Below, piece by piece: positions 59,778 through 64,000 of a stretch of DNA of 64,000 nt; position 1 is the stretch's first letter; each line of letters starts with the position of its first letter. The notes beneath the pieces are model-generated. The model was given only the letters and a program-made list of their open reading frames with translations, ran no database searches and was not told the DNA's origin. The DNA comes from Blepharisma stoltei ATCC 30299 (taxonomy: Eukaryota > Protista > Ciliophora), in contig CBFDEM010000053.1 in assembly GCA_965603825.1 (NCBI GenBank), forward strand, positions 682,001 through 746,000, given 5' to 3'. Both the position numbers and the translations under genes were made by a program.

Positions 59778-60104
59778 TTAATTTGAACAATTACTATCTG
59801 TGATATCAAGTGCTAATCAGCAAAAAATTTTGTATTTTTTTATTCTGCTGGCCATAGAAAGCAATATTTCTGAAGGATAATTTTTTTTTATATCTTTTTT
59901 GAGTTTTGCTAGTTTTTCGATGACTGGCTGCTTAATTTCTTCTAATTGCTTAAAGCAAGGCCTTAAGCATCGATGCCCTTTAGAAGCTGGCTTTTCTGCA
60001 TGCTCAGAAAGATGATCTTTACAAAATAAGACTGTTCCTTGACATTCACACTTTCCATGGAGCTTATTTGTACAACCTTCTTTGAAGCACCTGCCACTAA
60101 ACAT
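59778..60104 (-). pseudogene. Truncated member of the Cys/His zinc-motif + coiled-coil family (compare 30965-32221)
   Basis: CFKEGC..CEC..FCKDHL.EH N-terminus with no propeller; UGA at 59817, TAA at 59778. Could be a short intact gene. Confidence 0.45.
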
Positions 60105-60404
60105 TTTTATAATTGCTTAATAGATTAAAACTTTTAGCTTCAAAGACAATTAATTTAATATGTAGTCAACCTCTTTCTCTATATATTGATTTTACTTTCT
60201 ATGTTTTAATTAGTTATGCTTAAAGTTTTCAATCGAATTAAGATCAAGCAATGACGATCAGCTCGAGGTAGCTAGCAAAATTTAATTTAATTCAAATTAA
60301 AATATTTTATAGTAATACAGAAAATAAAAATTATGCCAAAAACTCTTATACTTACTGCAGCTCAATAATCTGTCTTAGATTCATAAATAAATAATAATAT
60401 TTAT

Positions 60405-61016
60405 CCACATGATTTTCCCTTTAAAACTTTCTTCACCTTTAATTTTAGGTATATTTGGGAAATTATAAAGACTTGTGTACAATACTAAAAAATCATAATT
60501 TATTGATTTTCCATCCAAAAGGTTAACTTGTCATGACTCATCCTCATTTTGCCTTATTGAAGTTACATTTGCATTGCGTGAAGCAAAGGGAGTAAATTGA
60601 ATTTTTTAATTATGTCTTCGCTAATTCAGTGTTGTAAATAATCAAGCTTAGGGAGCATTGGGGCATTTTTAATTGGATCGTCTTGTAGATAATATGACCT
60701 AAAAGCAAATTGAAGCCCAGCTTCATCGTAATTTTCTGATCAAACTTCACCTGGAGTTGACTGTATTTCTAGTATTTCGATTTCATAGCCTTGAGTTTTT
60801 AGTCTTTTCGCAGTCACAAGGCCTGCTAGGCCTCCTCCAATGATACCTATTTTTTAGGAATTTTTGAGATAAAGTGATAATTTGGGTTAGATTCGTAAGG
60901 AAGCTTAGGGAGTTCTTGATACGGAGGACCGACTGGATTAGGAATAGAAAATTCTCAATTTAAGACAGAAAAAGCAGAGCCTGCTGAAATTCCTAAAAAA
61001 AACCAGCCTTTTTCAT
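60405..61016 (-). pseudogene. Flavin-containing monooxygenase (FMO/BVMO-like) pseudogene fragment
   Basis: IGIIGGGLAGLVTAK..ILE..PGEVW.ENY..AGLQ and YDFLVL..PNIPKIKGEESFKGKIM; at least three frameshifts and truncation inside the FxGxxxH fingerprint. Confidence 0.8.
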
Positions 61017-61138
61017 AATACTTATTAGTTATATAAAGAGGCTTAAGATATTATATGAAATACGAGTGAAAATTCTCAATATAAAGAGAAATAATTTTTC
61101 ATAATACTTTTAATTATATAAAGAAGCTTAGATATATT
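60948..61138. repeat. Degenerate direct repeat
   Basis: gaaaattctcaat...tttttcataatactt..tatataaaga.gctta.gatatta occurs twice (~60948-61053 and ~61068-61138), the second copy with an internal deletion. Confidence 0.6.
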
Positions 61139-62769
61139 AGATTATCAATTGAAGCTTTTCTGCCTAAGTTAATATATCGATCTTCATAATCCTTTTTTAC
61201 TCTTTTTCTCTTTTTTCCATTATTTTCTTTAGATTTTTCAATTGCGTCTTCGAAGTTTTTCAGCTTTATCGATTTTTGATGGACTGCTTCTATAACTTTA
61301 CTTACATTGAATCTTTTCTCATAAACTTCTTTCGGATCTTTTGTTTGATTATAGTAATAATAATAATAATATCCAGAGGCGTATGTGCATTCGTCATTGT
61401 TATACTTTAGTCTTTTCTTATGAAACCGCCGTACCTATAATTTTTCTGAATATTGTGCTTTATTTCTCAATATGTTTCAGAATATTGATTTGCATTTTTT
61501 TTTCTTATTTCTGAACTGGCTGAAAGGAGCTTTCAATTTCTTGAACTGCTTTGAAGGACAATAAAGGTATTTAGGATGAATTTCAGGAGTTAGGCACCAG
61601 CTCATAATAAAATGATATTTAAATAGTTTATTTATTAAAATTTCCATATTTCTGTTCTGTTCTGTTCTAACGTCTAATTGTTTCATTAATCTTATGAGTG
61701 TGTCTCAAATCAAATCTCACCGATATTAACTGCGATTTACTTGTCAAATAATAAAATCCCATGCAATTTATTTTGTCTTAAAATAAATATGCTTTACAAT
61801 TTTGTGTTAAAAATCCTTAATCGGCTTAAAAATTTATGTATAAATTGCATATAAAATTTATTATGCTGCTCATTGCAGGGATATTGTTGGAAAGTCTCTT
61901 TTAAAATTCTAACAAGTTTATATATAAAGAAGCCTAAATGTTCTAAATTATTAATTGAAAATTTCCTTAATTGATCAATACATTCCTCCTCATATTCTTT
62001 TTTGCTCACTTATTTTCAATTCACTGTATATTCTTTTCTATAGCCTATAAAGCTTTTAAGTTTTTTGATTTGCTGATCATGCCATTTCAAAATTTCATAA
62101 ATTCCAATTTTTCTTGATATAACTCATTTATAAAGTAATCACGCAGACAGCCCACTTGAATATTTGATGCAAAACTTTGTATAAAAAATTTTATATTTTT
62201 GATTACTCCTCTTCTGAGAGGCTAGACATTAGCTATTGTTGAGCTAATATATAGAGAAACTAAGCTTGACAATAGTTTATATTTTATACGCTTAATGCTG
62301 AAACATTTCAAGTACTTCACTTTCCCATTGCATTTGATGGTCTCATAAAATTATATTTCCAATTTCTTATTATGTAAGTCTCTGCTGAAAAGTAAAAACC
62401 ATTTCAGGGGTATTCTGTAAATATCTTATTATGCTCTTCGAGTGCAAGTTTAACGCCATTTTAATTAATATTTCTTGTGGACTATTGATATGGCTCATCT
62501 TTTTCTCTTTAAAGGGGTCAAATATATAATACTGAGGGCTGTTAATTTTTAAAATAAATGCTAATCCTTCAAATGTTTCTGCATATTTTATTTAAGTAAT
62601 AATCTAACTCGATCTCATTTAATTTAGGAAGCAAATTTAATTAAATTGTGGATAAGGGCTCTTTCGAACTAAAGGCTATATGTAGTTATTATTAGGCTAT
62701 AATTGTTTTCTTTCGCTTTTATTCTTAATTCTCTATAGTTTTTATTTATCAAAAGACACTTTTCGACTG

Positions 62770-64000
62770 TTAAGCTGGAATCGGTTGCCTTCGCATTAAG
62801 ACACTTGAGAGGTAGAAATTTCTCCTATATCTTTTAGAGCCTTTCTTTTTCTTCCTGCTGCATGCCAATATCGTCTCTTGGGCAAATATCTGCTCTCCAG
62901 TGGGCATGCTCGGTACAAAGCCAACTTGTGCTTGATGCAGTACATCCTTCCAACAAACCTCCCTTAGGATTCTTTTCGTCAAAATCTTATCTAATATTTT
63001 GTAGGTAGAGTTTAGCAGGGTGATGGGCATAAAGTCTTGTGGATAGATCCAGGCTTCTTCTGTAAGAACACTACAAGTGCTGAGTTCATTTCCTTTGGTA
63101 GCCTTCTTTCTCTCCATACCTGCTGTACTAGCTTAAATAAAACCTTTTCAACCAGTTCTCCCCCGTTCTTGATAAGTTCAACCAGCAATTGCCAGGGCCC
63201 ACAGTCTTCCTGCTCCCTAATTGCTTAATGGTCTCATTAACTTCTTCTCTTGTTGGGACCGTTAGGTGATTGGCTAGATCCGGTTGCTGCAATTCAGTAT
63301 CTTGATACTGATACTTCCATCACTCCAAAATATTACTCTCCCCGCTGCTCATGACTTAACCGGTCCAACCCTCTTTGCTCTTTCGATTCTCCTTACCAGT
63401 TCCCACTCATCCTATGCTCCAAATATTGCTCACTCTATTTCCCTCTTCACGCATGCGCTCTGTCTGTCTTGCTTTAGCTCGCTTTTGAATTCTTTCATTG
63501 CATCCCTTGTTTCCTCATTTCTCTAGGCATTTCGGTTTGTCAAATGTGTTTATGGCTCTAAAGGCCTTCCATTTGTGCCTTCTTGCTTTTCTTATTACCA
63601 GCAGTGAGCCTTTCCCTAGTCCGGATCCTTCCATTGCGCCGTTTCGCCCAAAGCTCCTTCAGCAGCTTTTAGTAGCCCTCTGACCATAGCACTATACAAT
63701 GATTCTGAACTGTGATCCTCTGCCAATAAACATCCTATTTCCCTGCCAAGCACTTTCTGGTACACACTTAAGTACACCTTGCTTTGGAGTCTGTCTATAT
63801 TGAGTCACTTCTACGTTGAGCCGTTTTTTTGATGAAGGGGGTAAGAATTTTAATCACAAGAGGCAAGTGATCGCTTTTGATTGGTTTTTAGAGGTAAGTG
63901 TTAAAATTCGTGATAATTTCGGTAGAGTCTCAATCAACAGCACAATAATCTAGACAAAAGGCATTTCCAGTTGAGCGCATATGGGTGGGTTTATTAAATC
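62770..64000 (-). mobile_element. Decayed non-LTR (LINE-like) retrotransposon ORF2: APE endonuclease end, linker and start of RT
   Basis: KPTH..CLDY..KSDHLPLVIKI (APE, with in-frame TAA), KTVGP, FMPITLLNSTYKILDKILTKRI, QVGF, degenerate KATDS. Frameshifted, higher GC than flanks, and runs off the window end. Confidence 0.85.

Noticed and set aside
1-64000. tRNA, rRNA or telomeric repeat tracts
   Set aside because: None recognised by eye; tRNAscan-SE or Infernal would be needed to exclude small RNAs.

Overview
Eukaryotic, AT-rich, very gene-dense somatic (macronuclear-type) DNA of a heterotrich ciliate, most consistent with Blepharisma. UGA is read as Trp (about 46 in-frame cases by hand count, several at conserved Trp positions), while UAA and UAG remain stops. 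Genes carry tiny 15-17 nt GT-AG introns, and intergenic gaps are often only 5-40 nt. The supplied standard-code ORF track therefore fragments many genes and misses a START-domain gene entirely. After recoding I find about 43 protein genes, including kinases (two MAPKs, one CAMK), a helicase-less Dicer-like RNase III, DDX20, ALKBH8, Tubby, two TRIM-like ligases, RBR and U-box ligases, mitochondrial proteins and a 2961-aa Cys-rich surface protein. The terminal ~4 kb is degenerate and holds an FMO pseudogene and a decayed APE-RT (LINE) retroelement. The most striking candidate system is a tandem cluster of three small secreted, Cys-studded mini-collagens with matched triple-helix lengths (27/27/28 Gly-X-Y) and shared upstream motifs. 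An upstream motif and a short N-terminal motif also link them to a secreted His/Asp/Glu-rich protein 16 kb away, suggesting an extrusome or cyst-wall structural module. A PUB-domain/PEX39(KPWE)-like fusion is also notable. All assignments come from reading motifs by eye; no searches were run.
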